A stretch of 64,000 nt of DNA. Source: a virus. Lineage: Duplodnaviria; Caudoviricetes. The stretch is from the IMG/VR virus record IMGVR_UViG_3300023218_000003, positions 1 through 64,000 of that record; one strand, 5' to 3'. Numbering within the stretch: the stretch's first letter is position 1; each line of letters starts with the position of its first letter. Shown piece by piece: positions 9,575-18,713 of this stretch. A program made the translations under genes and the position numbers. Below the pieces are notes generated by a model. The model saw only the letters and a list, made by a program, of their open reading frames with translations, was not told the origin of the DNA and did no database searches.

Positions 9575-9850
9575 ATGGCGAAGAACATCACATCACGACG
9601 TCGCATCATCGTCGACACAGACGATCGACCCTTCACGCATCTGACACTGAACATCGAAGATGTCGAAGACGCTGCGCGACTGAACGAAGACGAAGAAGCA
9701 CGCGCAGTCTGGCAAGACGCGCTTGATCGCGTCGCACAGTTCGAAGCAGCAGGCAAGAAGTGCGAAGTGAAGTATCGAAGACACAAGACGCGCGACGAAA
9801 AGAACGTGCTGCCTGTCATCGACGTCGTATCAATCAGCGAAGAAGAATGA
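9575..9850 (+). CDS. Hypothetical protein
   Basis: ORF immediately after promoter-like CAAGAAT..TACATT. Confidence 0.6.
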   Translation: MAKNITSRRRIIVDTDDRPFTHLTLNIEDVEDAARLNEDEEARAVWQDALDRVAQFEAAGKKCEVKYRRHKTRDEKNVLPVIDVVSISEEE

Positions 9851-10344
9851 AGCCGAAAAGAAGAATCAGAACGAATCAAAGCGGCTGGACTCCGCTTCAG
9901 CCCGCGACGATCGATCGCGCGTCACTGAATCGAACGATCGATGATCTGCGCAAGAAAGCGAAGCTGTCGAGAAGCGAAGCAGAAGAACAAGCGAAGCGTG
10001 CGCTTGGTCAGGAAATCTGGCGCAACAACATCTATCAAGTCAACGTCACGCGATACGAACCGATGGCTGAAGGGATGCCGCAGCTTGTGCATCTGTCGAT
10101 TCGTCGACGCGATCGACAAGTCATCAAAGACTGGCGCGATATGCAGCGCATCAAGAATCAGCTTGTCGGCGAAGAATGCGAAGGCGTCGAACTGTATCCC
10201 GCCGAGTCGCGACTTGTCGACACAGCGAATCAATTTCATCTGTGGTGCTTCGATTCAGAAGACTTCAGATTCCCTTTCGGCTTCAGCGAACGTCTTGTCA
10301 CTGACGACGTTGAAATCGGAGACAGCAAGCAGCGCAAGCTGTGA
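9847..10344 (+). CDS. Conserved phage protein (DUF7694-like)
   Basis: HLSIRR..DWRDMQRIKN..ELYPAESRLVDTANQFHLW. Confidence 0.6.
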   Translation: MKPKRRIRTNQSGWTPLQPATIDRASLNRTIDDLRKKAKLSRSEAEEQAKRALGQEIWRNNIYQVNVTRYEPMAEGMPQLVHLSIRRRDRQVIKDWRDMQRIKNQLVGEECEGVELYPAESRLVDTANQFHLWCFDSEDFRFPFGFSERLVTDDVEIGDSKQRKL

Positions 10345-10363
10345 ACATCAACAACAGAACAAC

Positions 10364-10663
10364 ATGGCAAAAAAATTCATGATCACAATCGGTCCCGCGA
10401 CTCTGCTTCAAGCAGCAGCAGCAGTCGAAGACATCGATTTCGACGTTCGTCTTCTTGAAGAAAAGAAGCACGTCAGCAAGAAGCAGAAGCGTGTCATCGG
10501 TCGCGTCGGTCGTGTCACTGCTGAACACGTGAAGCAGACGAACGAACTGATCAGTCAGGGCAAGTCTGACATTCAGATCGCGAAGGCGATCGGGATCGGC
10601 AAGTCGACTGCGAACGCAATCAGAAATGGTCTGTATGATCATCTGCTTGAAGCGGAGAAATAG
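10364..10663 (+). CDS. HTH DNA-binding protein
   Basis: QGKSDIQIAKAIGIGKSTANAI C-terminal HTH. Confidence 0.65.
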   Translation: MAKKFMITIGPATLLQAAAAVEDIDFDVRLLEEKKHVSKKQKRVIGRVGRVTAEHVKQTNELISQGKSDIQIAKAIGIGKSTANAIRNGLYDHLLEAEK

Positions 10664-10680
10664 AACGACGACATTCATCG

Positions 10681-10962
10681 ATGTCACGAAGATCGATCAA
10701 TCTTGACGACAGCGCAGAAGCGAAGCCGACACGTCGACGGCGTGTCGAATTGTCGAACGGCAGATTCTTCCCTTATCATGATCACAGCAATCACGAAGTC
10801 GAAGTTCATGTCACTGACGAATCACTGTCTGCTGAAGAAGTCGCTGCGATGGTCAGTGACGCGATCAACGCTGATCTTCAGCGACGAACGATGACGCCCG
10901 AAGAACTGAACTTCAAAGCAGGTGAACGGCGCATCATCAGACGCAAACGAAAGTTCACATGA
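10681..10962 (+). CDS. Hypothetical protein
   Basis: ORF with phage codon usage, overlaps RNase H start. Confidence 0.55.
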   Translation: MSRRSINLDDSAEAKPTRRRRVELSNGRFFPYHDHSNHEVEVHVTDESLSAEEVAAMVSDAINADLQRRTMTPEELNFKAGERRIIRRKRKFT

Positions 10963-11462
10963 TAGACATCTACACAGACGGATCGTGCGGCGCGAAAGAT
11001 CGCTGCGGCGGCTGGGCATTCGTCGCAGTGCAGCGATCGAAGCGATTCAACCCTGACGTGATGCCGAAGCACGCGATGCCCGACGACGAAGTCATTCACG
11101 TCGGCACTGGCGGCGAGACAGACACGACAGTCAATCGAATGGAACTGATGGCGATTCATCGCGCGATGCAGTTCATGTTCGATGCAGACATGAAGCGCAC
11201 GAAGATCAGAATCTTCAGCGACTCTGCGTATTCGATCGGCTCGCTGACTGAATGGCATCACAAGCAGTCGAAGTCAAAGTGGCAGAATTCATTCGGCGAA
11301 CCGATCGCGAACATGAAGCTGATCAGAACGATGCTTGTGCTTCTTCGCGATCTGCGACAGCAGCACACAGTCGTCTTCGTGAAGATCAAAGGACACAGCG
11401 GACATCACTACAATGAAGAAGCAGACAGACACGCAGGCGCTGAACGCGCACGGCGACTTTGA
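10959..11462 (+). CDS. rnhA: Ribonuclease HI
   Basis: YTDGS, TVNRMEL, FSDSAY, KGHSG..NEEAD catalytic motifs. Confidence 0.92.
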   Translation: MIDIYTDGSCGAKDRCGGWAFVAVQRSKRFNPDVMPKHAMPDDEVIHVGTGGETDTTVNRMELMAIHRAMQFMFDADMKRTKIRIFSDSAYSIGSLTEWHHKQSKSKWQNSFGEPIANMKLIRTMLVLLRDLRQQHTVVFVKIKGHSGHHYNEEADRHAGAERARRL

Positions 11463-12027
11463 AACAATTTTCAAATACGACGAAGCGAAGATCGAACAGA
11501 TCAAGCAAGCACTTCATGATCGTCGATGGGATCACTTCTTGATGTTGCATGAACGCGTTGATCGACTCGCTGCGCTTCACGACTTGATGATGCTTCACGG
11601 CGTCGTCGACATCGGCGATCGATGGCAATACTTTCGCGCACTGTGGGTCGACAGCGAGACGATCACGCAGCAGTTCGATCAGTGGGCTGAACTGATTCGC
11701 ATGGCTGACGAAGACGATCAGCTTGACGACATCATGACGACTGACGATCAGATACTGATCGAAGCGCTGGACTTCCCGCTTGTCGTGTATCGCGGCGCAA
11801 TCGCAGATCGAAACGAACGCGGTATGTCGTTCACGCGATCGAAGAAGCTTGCTGAATGGTTCGCACGTCGCTTCGTCAACGACGCTGACGCTGTGCTGAT
11901 CACTGCTGAAGTCACGCGTGAACAAGTCGCATTCATCAGCACTGAACGTGACGAAGATGAAGTCGTCATTCATCCTGATCACCTTGAAGAAGTATTCGAA
12001 GATGCCGAAGTTCGACCTATTCGATGA
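11413..12027 (+). CDS. Hypothetical protein with ADP-ribosyltransferase-like R-S-E motifs
   Basis: VYRG..GMSFT..A.WFA..RDEDEVV; start uncertain. Confidence 0.45.
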   Translation: MKKQTDTQALNAHGDFETIFKYDEAKIEQIKQALHDRRWDHFLMLHERVDRLAALHDLMMLHGVVDIGDRWQYFRALWVDSETITQQFDQWAELIRMADEDDQLDDIMTTDDQILIEALDFPLVVYRGAIADRNERGMSFTRSKKLAEWFARRFVNDADAVLITAEVTREQVAFISTERDEDEVVIHPDHLEEVFEDAEVRPIR

Positions 12028-12514
12028 CACGATCGTCAGAAATATCAGCTACGATCAACAGAAGCACGACATCTGCAATGAACACGGGATGATCGTCGCG
12101 ACTGCGATTGCACACACAGACTTCACAGCGAAAGGAATCAAAGACAACGCAATCGGGATGATCGATCTACAAGGCAGAGAAATCACCGTCAGTGGCAAGA
12201 AAGCGATCGTGACGAATATCAGCGTCAGTGCAAGTGCGACGGGCTTCGACGAATACACGATCGAAGGAAAAATCTACGGCAACGACGACGCAGTTCAGTC
12301 ACACACTGAAGCGCTGAAAGCGTCTGCTGAAGTGCTGAAGAAACAATTTGAAGAAGAACGTGCGAAGTTCGAAGCAGAGAAGAAGCGACTTGCTGAAGAA
12401 GCCCGTCGACTGGAAGAAGAACGACTGCGCGCTGAAGAACTTGAACGCAATCGTGTGAAGACGCGCATCATTCGACTGCGCAAGTATCGGGAAAAGAAGA
12501 CTGGACAAGAATGA
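12002..12514 (+). CDS. Hypothetical coiled-coil protein
   Basis: ATG 12002, E/K/R-rich C-terminus. Confidence 0.55.
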   Translation: MPKFDLFDDTIVRNISYDQQKHDICNEHGMIVATAIAHTDFTAKGIKDNAIGMIDLQGREITVSGKKAIVTNISVSASATGFDEYTIEGKIYGNDDAVQSHTEALKASAEVLKKQFEEERAKFEAEKKRLAEEARRLEEERLRAEELERNRVKTRIIRLRKYREKKTGQE

Positions 12515-12541
12515 ACTGTTCGATTTATCTTTCACGCGTTC

Positions 12542-12778
12542 ATGTCGAATACTGTAGAACGCGACCCAAGAAACGACCCACGAACGAGCGATGTGGTCGA
12601 GCGCATCAGCACGACGTCGGGCAACCCGCTGCGACGCATCGTCGTCATGCGGGACGGGATGCAAGTCTTCTACAAGACAAGCGTCGACGGCGACGTGCTG
12701 AAGTGCTGGGTCATGACTTGGCGCGAATGGGCAATCGACTGCGACGTCAAGCAGATCGGCGATCAGATTGTCGAATAG
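12542..12778 (+). CDS. Hypothetical protein
   Basis: ORF ending in TAG. Confidence 0.55.
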   Translation: MSNTVERDPRNDPRTSDVVERISTTSGNPLRRIVVMRDGMQVFYKTSVDGDVLKCWVMTWREWAIDCDVKQIGDQIVE

Positions 12779-12931
12779 ATCGCTGTTGCGCGTTTCAAGA
12801 ATGCGCTATATTTACGAACGCACGTGCGACGGATTTTCATTCTGTTGTTCGTGACATCGATGATGACAACGGCAGCGCGTCGGCGCTTTTGTGAGTCGGC
12901 GCGCTGCTTCATCAACAACAACAGTGAAGAC

Positions 12932-13555
12932 ATGAATCGAAACGATATTGAAAGACTGATGCGCGCAGAACTTCGCGAGAAAGCACAGCGCAAGCGCACG
13001 CTTCAAGAAATGCAGCAGCACGCTGATCAGATTTCGCAGTCGTTTTCGACAGCAGCAGGATCGTTCTTCACATCGTCTTCATACTTTTCTGGCAGCAACA
13101 ACACACACACACAATCCCGGCACATGAACTTCGAACAGATCATCAACATCATCAGCGTCGCGACAGTCGTCTTCACGATCTGTCTGATCGTTGCTGCAAT
13201 CGGCTTCAGAATTCTTCCGCGACTCGCGACGCGCCCGCCGTGGTGGTTGTCGAGACGTGCGAAGAACTTCTTGGGACGTTTCGTCGGATACGGCGAATGC
13301 AAGTGCTGCGGCGACACGTGGAACTGGAAGAAAGCGCACACGACTGAAATCGTCGACGCTGACGGTGAAGTTCGCGGCGGCGTCTTCCCGCTGTGTGAAG
13401 ATTGCTGGCACGATCTTGCGATTCCCGAAGAACGCGAACCCTACTATCACAAGCTGTTCGATGAATGGATGAAAGAAGCGCCGCATCACGTGCGCATTCG
13501 CATCGAACAAGAAGATCGCCCGAAAGCGATCATGGCAGTTCAGAACGGCAACTGA
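12932..13555 (+). CDS. Membrane protein with Cys motifs (true start possibly 13124)
   Basis: TM segment IINIISVATVVFTICLIVAAIGF, CKCC and CEDC; internal A/C-rich leader before ATG 13124. Confidence 0.5.
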   Translation: MNRNDIERLMRAELREKAQRKRTLQEMQQHADQISQSFSTAAGSFFTSSSYFSGSNNTHTQSRHMNFEQIINIISVATVVFTICLIVAAIGFRILPRLATRPPWWLSRRAKNFLGRFVGYGECKCCGDTWNWKKAHTTEIVDADGEVRGGVFPLCEDCWHDLAIPEEREPYYHKLFDEWMKEAPHHVRIRIEQEDRPKAIMAVQNGN

Positions 13556-13556
13556 C

Positions 13557-14216
13557 ATGGCAACACATTCAACAGCATCAACAACAGACAGCAGCGCACC
13601 GAAGTTCGCATCTGCGACGCGCGTCGAATGGGAGACACGACACGAAGCACACGAAAGCGAACGTCGCTTGATGTGTCTGCTAGTGTCAGCAGACTGGGTG
13701 AAGACGTTCTTCGAAGCGACGCAAGATCACGACATGTGGATTCACTACGAAGGCGTCGAAGGCTGCAACGACGGCAAAGCACAAGTGCGAACTGTCGAAT
13801 GGTCGATCATGCGACAGTGTTTTCAGATCGTCGTCTGGCATCCGTCGTTCGAAGTCGTCGATCAGCACGAAGCGATGCCGACAGTCGAAGTCGAACTTCA
13901 GTCGTTGAACGCACGCACAGCAGAGTCGCAGAAGATTCTGAACACGACGCGAACGTCACTGCGTCGCATTCAGTTTCGAAAGAAGAAGCGTCAGCAGAAA
14001 GAATCGTCGCACTGGCAGACGGGCGTGCCGCCAGCGAACGTGCATATCGTTCTTGAAATCGCTGAAGGCGAAATGCGCGGCGGTCGCGTCGTCGCAATCG
14101 ATCACGCGAAGGATGAATTCGTCTTTTCGTATGGCGACGCGATGCTTCAGCGCTTCGACAAGACACAGTTCAACATGCGATGGATGACGATGGAGAAACT
14201 AGCAGCACTGCCATGA
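13557..14216 (+). CDS. Hypothetical protein
   Basis: ORF with phage codon usage. Confidence 0.55.
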   Translation: MATHSTASTTDSSAPKFASATRVEWETRHEAHESERRLMCLLVSADWVKTFFEATQDHDMWIHYEGVEGCNDGKAQVRTVEWSIMRQCFQIVVWHPSFEVVDQHEAMPTVEVELQSLNARTAESQKILNTTRTSLRRIQFRKKKRQQKESSHWQTGVPPANVHIVLEIAEGEMRGGRVVAIDHAKDEFVFSYGDAMLQRFDKTQFNMRWMTMEKLAALP

Positions 14217-14470
14217 CACTGACAGAAAAACTGATCGCGATCGCGATCGTCGTCTTCATGTGTGTGATCGCTGCTGCGATCGGCGGCTTCATCGTCTTCG
14301 TGAACATGCACGAAATCGTCATCTATCTTGACGACGAACAACGCGACGACATCGAAGAAGTGAATCAACTGCATCGCGAACACGCGCAAGCGTATCGCGC
14401 AAGAACTGAAGAACATGAAGACGACACTGATCACAGCGCTGCTGATGACGTGCGCACTGACGCACGCTGA
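14213..14470 (+). CDS. Small membrane protein
   Basis: Hydrophobic LIAIAIVVFMCVIAAAIGGFIVFV. Confidence 0.55.
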   Translation: MTLTEKLIAIAIVVFMCVIAAAIGGFIVFVNMHEIVIYLDDEQRDDIEEVNQLHREHAQAYRARTEEHEDDTDHSAADDVRTDAR

Positions 14471-14702
14471 ACACGAAGAAGACGAAGTGCAGACTGACAG
14501 TCGCGGTCGCGAACTGCCCGTGCTGATGCCGAAGCACGTCGACGAAGACGGGCACGCAGCGACACACGCAGACATGATCGATCCGCTGCACGCTGCGTCG
14601 CTGCTGTTCCCTGACGATCTGATCGAACAGATCGAATGCGAACACGAAGCTGAAGAATCGCAACGCAGACAGCGTCGCTTCAGACTCAACACGAAGAAAT
14701 GA
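14415..14702 (+). CDS. Putative secreted acidic protein
   Basis: Signal-peptide-like MKTTLITALLMTCALTHA. Confidence 0.5.
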   Translation: MKTTLITALLMTCALTHAEHEEDEVQTDSRGRELPVLMPKHVDEDGHAATHADMIDPLHAASLLFPDDLIEQIECEHEAEESQRRQRRFRLNTKK

Positions 14703-14707
14703 CTTTC

Positions 14708-14779
14708 GCGCACGTGGCTGACTGGTAAAGCGATCGACTCTAAATCGACGACATGCGGGTTCGAATCCCGCCGTGCGCA
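14708..14779 (+). tRNA. Amber suppressor tRNA, anticodon CUA (no encoded CCA)
   Basis: Acceptor GCGCACG/CGTGCGC, D arm GCTG-ACTGGTA-AAGC, anticodon loop CT-CTA-AA (CTA 14740-14742), T arm GCGGG-TTCGAAT-CCCGC, discriminator A. Confidence 0.88.
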
Positions 14780-14805
14780 TCACACAGCAAAAACAAGAAC
14801 AACAC

Positions 14806-15069
14806 ATGAAGAAGAACACGTTCAAGCATCAGCTTGGAAAAGAAGCAAGATCGAAGACGACGAAGCTGAAAGGCATTCTGACAGCGCGCAGCGAAAATCT
14901 GTATGGCTGCAATCGATACTTCGTTCAGCCGCCAGTCGACAAAGATCAGAAACTTCCCGATGGCTGGTGGCACGACGAAGACGACATCGAAGTCATCGGC
15001 GACGGCGTCGACGCGAAGCGCAGCGAAGACAAGAATCAGAACGGCGGGCCGATCAGCAAGTCGAAATAG
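14806..15069 (+). CDS. Conserved small phage protein
   Basis: KGILTAR..LYGCNRYFVQPPVDKD..PDGWW.DE pattern. Confidence 0.65.
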   Translation: MKKNTFKHQLGKEARSKTTKLKGILTARSENLYGCNRYFVQPPVDKDQKLPDGWWHDEDDIEVIGDGVDAKRSEDKNQNGGPISKSK

Positions 15070-15153
15070 ATTCGCGCGCCGCCTTCGCATTCGTGAACTG
15101 ACTGACAAAGACACGAACACGAATGACGAACTGAACTGAACAAACTATCTGAA

Positions 15154-15810
15154 ATGAAATTGAAAGAACTGACATCAAACGCGCTGCATGACAGCAGCTT
15201 CGTGCCTGACGAACTTGTCGGGCAACACGTATCGATCCCCGATCGCACATCTTCGCTGAACGTCTATCGCGTGAACGAAGACAAGTCGCTGACTGAAGTG
15301 CTGCCGAAGAACAAGAAGCGTCGCGTGAAGAAGCGCGTCGACTTTCAGCATCGTGACAAGCGCGCGCTGCTGAAGATCAAGATCAAGTCGCTTGACGCTG
15401 AAATGCGAATCATTCGACTTGAAGAACAGAAGACGCCGTCGCTGTCGCGATACATCGAACTGCGTGCGCATCGCAAAGCACTGGGACAGAAGTCGCGTGC
15501 TGCGCAGCTTGCGCTTGCGTTCATTCGCGGTCGACGCATCGAACAAGTCGAGTCGCTTCCCGCGCCGACGACGATCAATTCGTTCGAACGACCCGCAGAC
15601 GTTGCGCGTCTGCTTGCTGACGTGCGAAAGAACATCATGACGTTCGCTGACAATCCCGAATCAGTGTCGACTGACGACGATCACGAACGCTGGCTTCGTG
15701 AAGCATCTGACTTCTTGATTCACGCAAAAGTCTACAGCGGCAGAGAAGGCGGCATCAGCAGCATCAGTGACGATGACGCGCTTCATGACTTGCGACTTGC
15801 GACAGCGTGA
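15154..15810 (+). CDS. Conserved phage protein
   Basis: LKIKIKSL.AE.RIIR.EE..HR..AFIRG pattern. Confidence 0.55.
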   Translation: MKLKELTSNALHDSSFVPDELVGQHVSIPDRTSSLNVYRVNEDKSLTEVLPKNKKRRVKKRVDFQHRDKRALLKIKIKSLDAEMRIIRLEEQKTPSLSRYIELRAHRKALGQKSRAAQLALAFIRGRRIEQVESLPAPTTINSFERPADVARLLADVRKNIMTFADNPESVSTDDDHERWLREASDFLIHAKVYSGREGGISSISDDDALHDLRLATA

Positions 15811-16625
15811 CGATAGATTTCGGCGCACTTCTCGACAGCGTGCGGCGCATACGGGAAGAAGAAGCCGTGATTGAACAGCTTCTGTGCTGACAGCACGCAC
15901 TGACTGCGCTTGATCTTCACAAGCTTCGAAAGACGTTCGTCGTTCATCCAAGCGCAGCGCAGCTTCAGCGCTTCAGCGATGTCGCGAGTCGTGACGAAGT
16001 GCGGGTTCGTCGCGTGAAAGATGCCCGAAGCGAAGTGCTTCTTGCGAATGATGAACAAGATCAGCGAAGTCAGATCGTCGACGCACGTGACGCTGTTCTT
16101 GTGATTCACAAGCGTCGAATACTTCGACAGCTTGCTGAACAGATTGCGATCGTGAACGCGACCGTCGAACGGCAGTCTGATGCGCAAACTGATCGGTTCA
16201 TGTGCGTTTCGCATCGCGAATGTTTCAGCAAGAATCTTCGTCTGACGATAGACGCCCGTCAGAAGATTCGGCTGATCATCTTCAGTGAATTCGCAGAATT
16301 CGTCGCCGTCGAACACGCAGCCTGTCGACAAGTGAATCAGTCGCGTGTTCGTGACTGACGATGCGTCTGTGATCATGCGTGCAAGATCAAGATTGTCGCG
16401 CATCGTGATTTCGACATGATCTTCACAGTCATCGATGTTCTTCTGACCTGCGAAGCCTGCTGCGTTGATCACGAAGTCGCACGCGCTGATCTGATCTGCG
16501 ATCTGTTCTTCAGTCTTCGTCTGTTCGCGCGACAGCACGTGAAGTTCGATGCTGTGTTCTGCTAGTTTCTCGGCGATTGCGCTGCCGATGTATCCGCTTC
16601 CGATGATTGCAATGTGTCGTTCCAT
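15783..16625 (-). CDS. NDP-sugar epimerase/reductase (RmlD / 3,5-epimerase-4-reductase-like SDR)
   Basis: IIGSGYIG, VINAAGFAG.KNIDDCE, HLSTGCVFDG, YxxxK (YRQTK). Confidence 0.85.
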   Translation of the reverse strand: MERHIAIIGSGYIGSAIAEKLAEHSIELHVLSREQTKTEEQIADQISACDFVINAAGFAGQKNIDDCEDHVEITMRDNLDLARMITDASSVTNTRLIHLSTGCVFDGDEFCEFTEDDQPNLLTGVYRQTKILAETFAMRNAHEPISLRIRLPFDGRVHDRNLFSKLSKYSTLVNHKNSVTCVDDLTSLILFIIRKKHFASGIFHATNPHFVTTRDIAEALKLRCAWMNDERLSKLVKIKRSQCVLSAQKLFNHGFFFPYAPHAVEKCAEIYRHAVASRKS

Positions 16626-16714
16626 AAGACTTCAAATCTACTGAATGAAAGCGCTGGACGCAAGCTGACGAACGTGGCAATCTTGGCAGCGGCGGGCGCG
16701 GCGGTCTTCTCGGC

Positions 16715-17080
16715 GTGATTCTTCCCGGCTTCGACTACGCTGACGACTACGATCGCACGTTCGCAGAAGCGACGCAGCCGACACGCATCGAAGTCACTGA
16801 ACAAGGCATGATCATCGAAGGCATCGTCGATCACTCGACAGGCGCAGACATCAAAGGCAACGCGATCAATCGCGGCATCAGAAACGTCAGCACACTTGTC
16901 GGCTGGTTGAAGCTGATGGGCACTGTCGAAGCTGTGAATCTTGCGAACGAAATCACTGAACGTGCAAAGAACGCGGGCACGACTGACGTGCGTCTTCAAG
17001 AACTGTTCACGCAAGAAGAACTGGCAAGCATCGACGCTGATCTGACTTCGATGCTTGCTGAAATTGAAGCAGCGCAATGA
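16715..17080 (+). CDS. Hypothetical protein
   Basis: GTG start downstream of late promoter-like motif at 16654. Confidence 0.5.
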   Translation: MILPGFDYADDYDRTFAEATQPTRIEVTEQGMIIEGIVDHSTGADIKGNAINRGIRNVSTLVGWLKLMGTVEAVNLANEITERAKNAGTTDVRLQELFTQEELASIDADLTSMLAEIEAAQ

Positions 17081-17667
17081 AAACGATCTTCATCTACGTC
17101 AACGGCATTCTGACACGTCCCGGCAGTGCAGATAATTGGAACGGCAAAGCAGTCACGTGGACACATCTTCACACGTCGCATCGCGCAGAGAAGATCGAAT
17201 ATTACGTCGGGCCGATCAGTCGCGTGCTAGGGCAGAAGAAGCGCAGCGCGAAGCTTGCAAAGACACTGCGCTTCTATGATCGCGACGACTGGCGCATCGT
17301 GCTTGTCGGTCACAGCAACGGCGGCAACGTCATCTGCAATGCGCTGAAAGAATCGACACGCAGCGTGCTTGATCGCATCGACGCGATTCATCTGATCGCG
17401 CCTGCAAGTGAAGCAGACTTCGACAAGAACGGACTGAACTTCGTCGGCGCACCCGTGCGCGTCTACATCGGCACACGCGACAGCGCACTGAAGATCAGCA
17501 GCAGCTTCGGTCGTCTTCTCGGCTACGGTTCACTTGGCAAAGACGGGCCGCAGAACGTCAGACTTGATGACGTGCGCGTCACGTTCGAAGACTTCGGTCA
17601 CGGCGACTGGTTCGCTGATCAGAATCTTGACGACACGTTCAAACAGATCACTGGACACGCTGCGTGA
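17077..17667 (+). CDS. Alpha/beta-hydrolase fold protein
   Basis: IVLVGHSNGG nucleophile elbow, IHLIAPA, C-terminal GHGDW. Confidence 0.75.
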   Translation: MKTIFIYVNGILTRPGSADNWNGKAVTWTHLHTSHRAEKIEYYVGPISRVLGQKKRSAKLAKTLRFYDRDDWRIVLVGHSNGGNVICNALKESTRSVLDRIDAIHLIAPASEADFDKNGLNFVGAPVRVYIGTRDSALKISSSFGRLLGYGSLGKDGPQNVRLDDVRVTFEDFGHGDWFADQNLDDTFKQITGHAA

Positions 17668-17686
17668 TTCGTCGCAGACTTGAAAC

Positions 17687-18323
17687 ATGCCACGTTTCAA
17701 AATCGATGATGTTCCGCCGCATGTAGCGATTCGCGCAGATCAAGATCAGCAGCAGCAGCGCGAACGACACTTCAGCAGGCAGCGGCGCACGCACTGTGCT
17801 TGTGCAAGGTGTCGACTCTGACATGATCGAAATCAGTGAAGCTGTCACGCTGAACGGTCAGACAGCAGTCACTACGACGAACACGTTCAAGTGCGTCACG
17901 AAGATCACAGTCACGTCAGCAGGCGCGACGGGTTCGAACGAAGGCGTCATCTACGCGAGAAGCGGCACTGTCACTGCTGGTGTCCCTGCTACGTTCTACG
18001 GTTCAATCGAAATCGGAACGAACATCAGCGCGATCGCAGTTCTGTTCGTGCCGAAAGATCACATCTTCGTCGTGTCACAAATTTTCACATCGATCGGGGA
18101 TTCATCGAAGACACGGAACTTCAACTTCAAGCAATACGTGCCCGCGACTGGACTGTGGCTGGAAGCGTTCGACGTTCACACGAAAGAAGCTGAATTCTTG
18201 CTGCCTGTTGTCGCGTATCCCGCACTTGTCGAAGGCAGTGTCATCGATCTGAATGTCGCAGTCGACACAGGCACAGCGAAAGTCACAGCGTCACTTGCAG
18301 GCTATCTGATCGCGCAGCGATGA
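17687..18323 (+). pseudogene. Probable virion-associated protein with apparent internal deletion/frameshift
   Basis: MPRFKIDDVPPHVAI (ATG 17687) and AQIKISSSSANDTSAGSGARTVLVQG.. lie in different frames meeting at CGCGC 17732-17736. Confidence 0.5.
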
Positions 18324-18679
18324 ATCCCGCCTACGAATACGAAGCGAAGGTGATCGATGTCTACGATGGCGACACGATCACTTGCGACGTCGATCTAGGC
18401 TTTCACATCACTGCGCGCATCAAGTTTAGACTGTTCGGCATCGACACGCCCGAATTGCGCGGTGAAGAACGTGAAGAAGGTCTGCGCGTGCGCGACATCG
18501 TGCGCGAACGAATTCTGAACAAGCAAGTGCTGTTGAAGTCGCACAAAGGCAAGACGGGAAAATACGGTCGCTGGCTCGCTGAAGTCATCTTCAATGACGA
18601 CGACGGCATGAAGACGAATCTGAATCTGCTGCTTGTCGCTGAACGAAACGCTGTCAGCTATTTCGGCGGCAAGCGCTAA
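18320..18679 (+). CDS. Thermonuclease (SNase-like) endonuclease
   Basis: VIDVYDGDT..RLFGIDTPE..GKYGRWLA. Confidence 0.85.
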   Translation: MNPAYEYEAKVIDVYDGDTITCDVDLGFHITARIKFRLFGIDTPELRGEEREEGLRVRDIVRERILNKQVLLKSHKGKTGKYGRWLAEVIFNDDDGMKTNLNLLLVAERNAVSYFGGKR

Positions 18680-18713
18680 GAAGTCGCGCACGCTGATCGT
18701 TCAAGAAGCTGTC

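Noticed and set aside
12776-12932. TAG read-through fusing 12542 to 12932
   Set aside because: In frame, but the intervening DNA holds a promoter-like element and hairpin with non-coding composition.
14708-14779. Pyrrolysine tRNA
   Set aside because: Canonical GG D-loop, TTC T-loop, 5-bp anticodon stem and 5-nt variable loop; no pyl genes seen.
16645-16715. Possible frameshifted signal peptide upstream of the 16715 gene
   Set aside because: The stretch is explained by the late promoter motif at 16654-16679; GTG 16715 is an adequate start.
17680-17700. TTGAAA-N9-TTTCAA
   Set aside because: Spacer differs from the N4 family and it overlaps the ATG; not counted.
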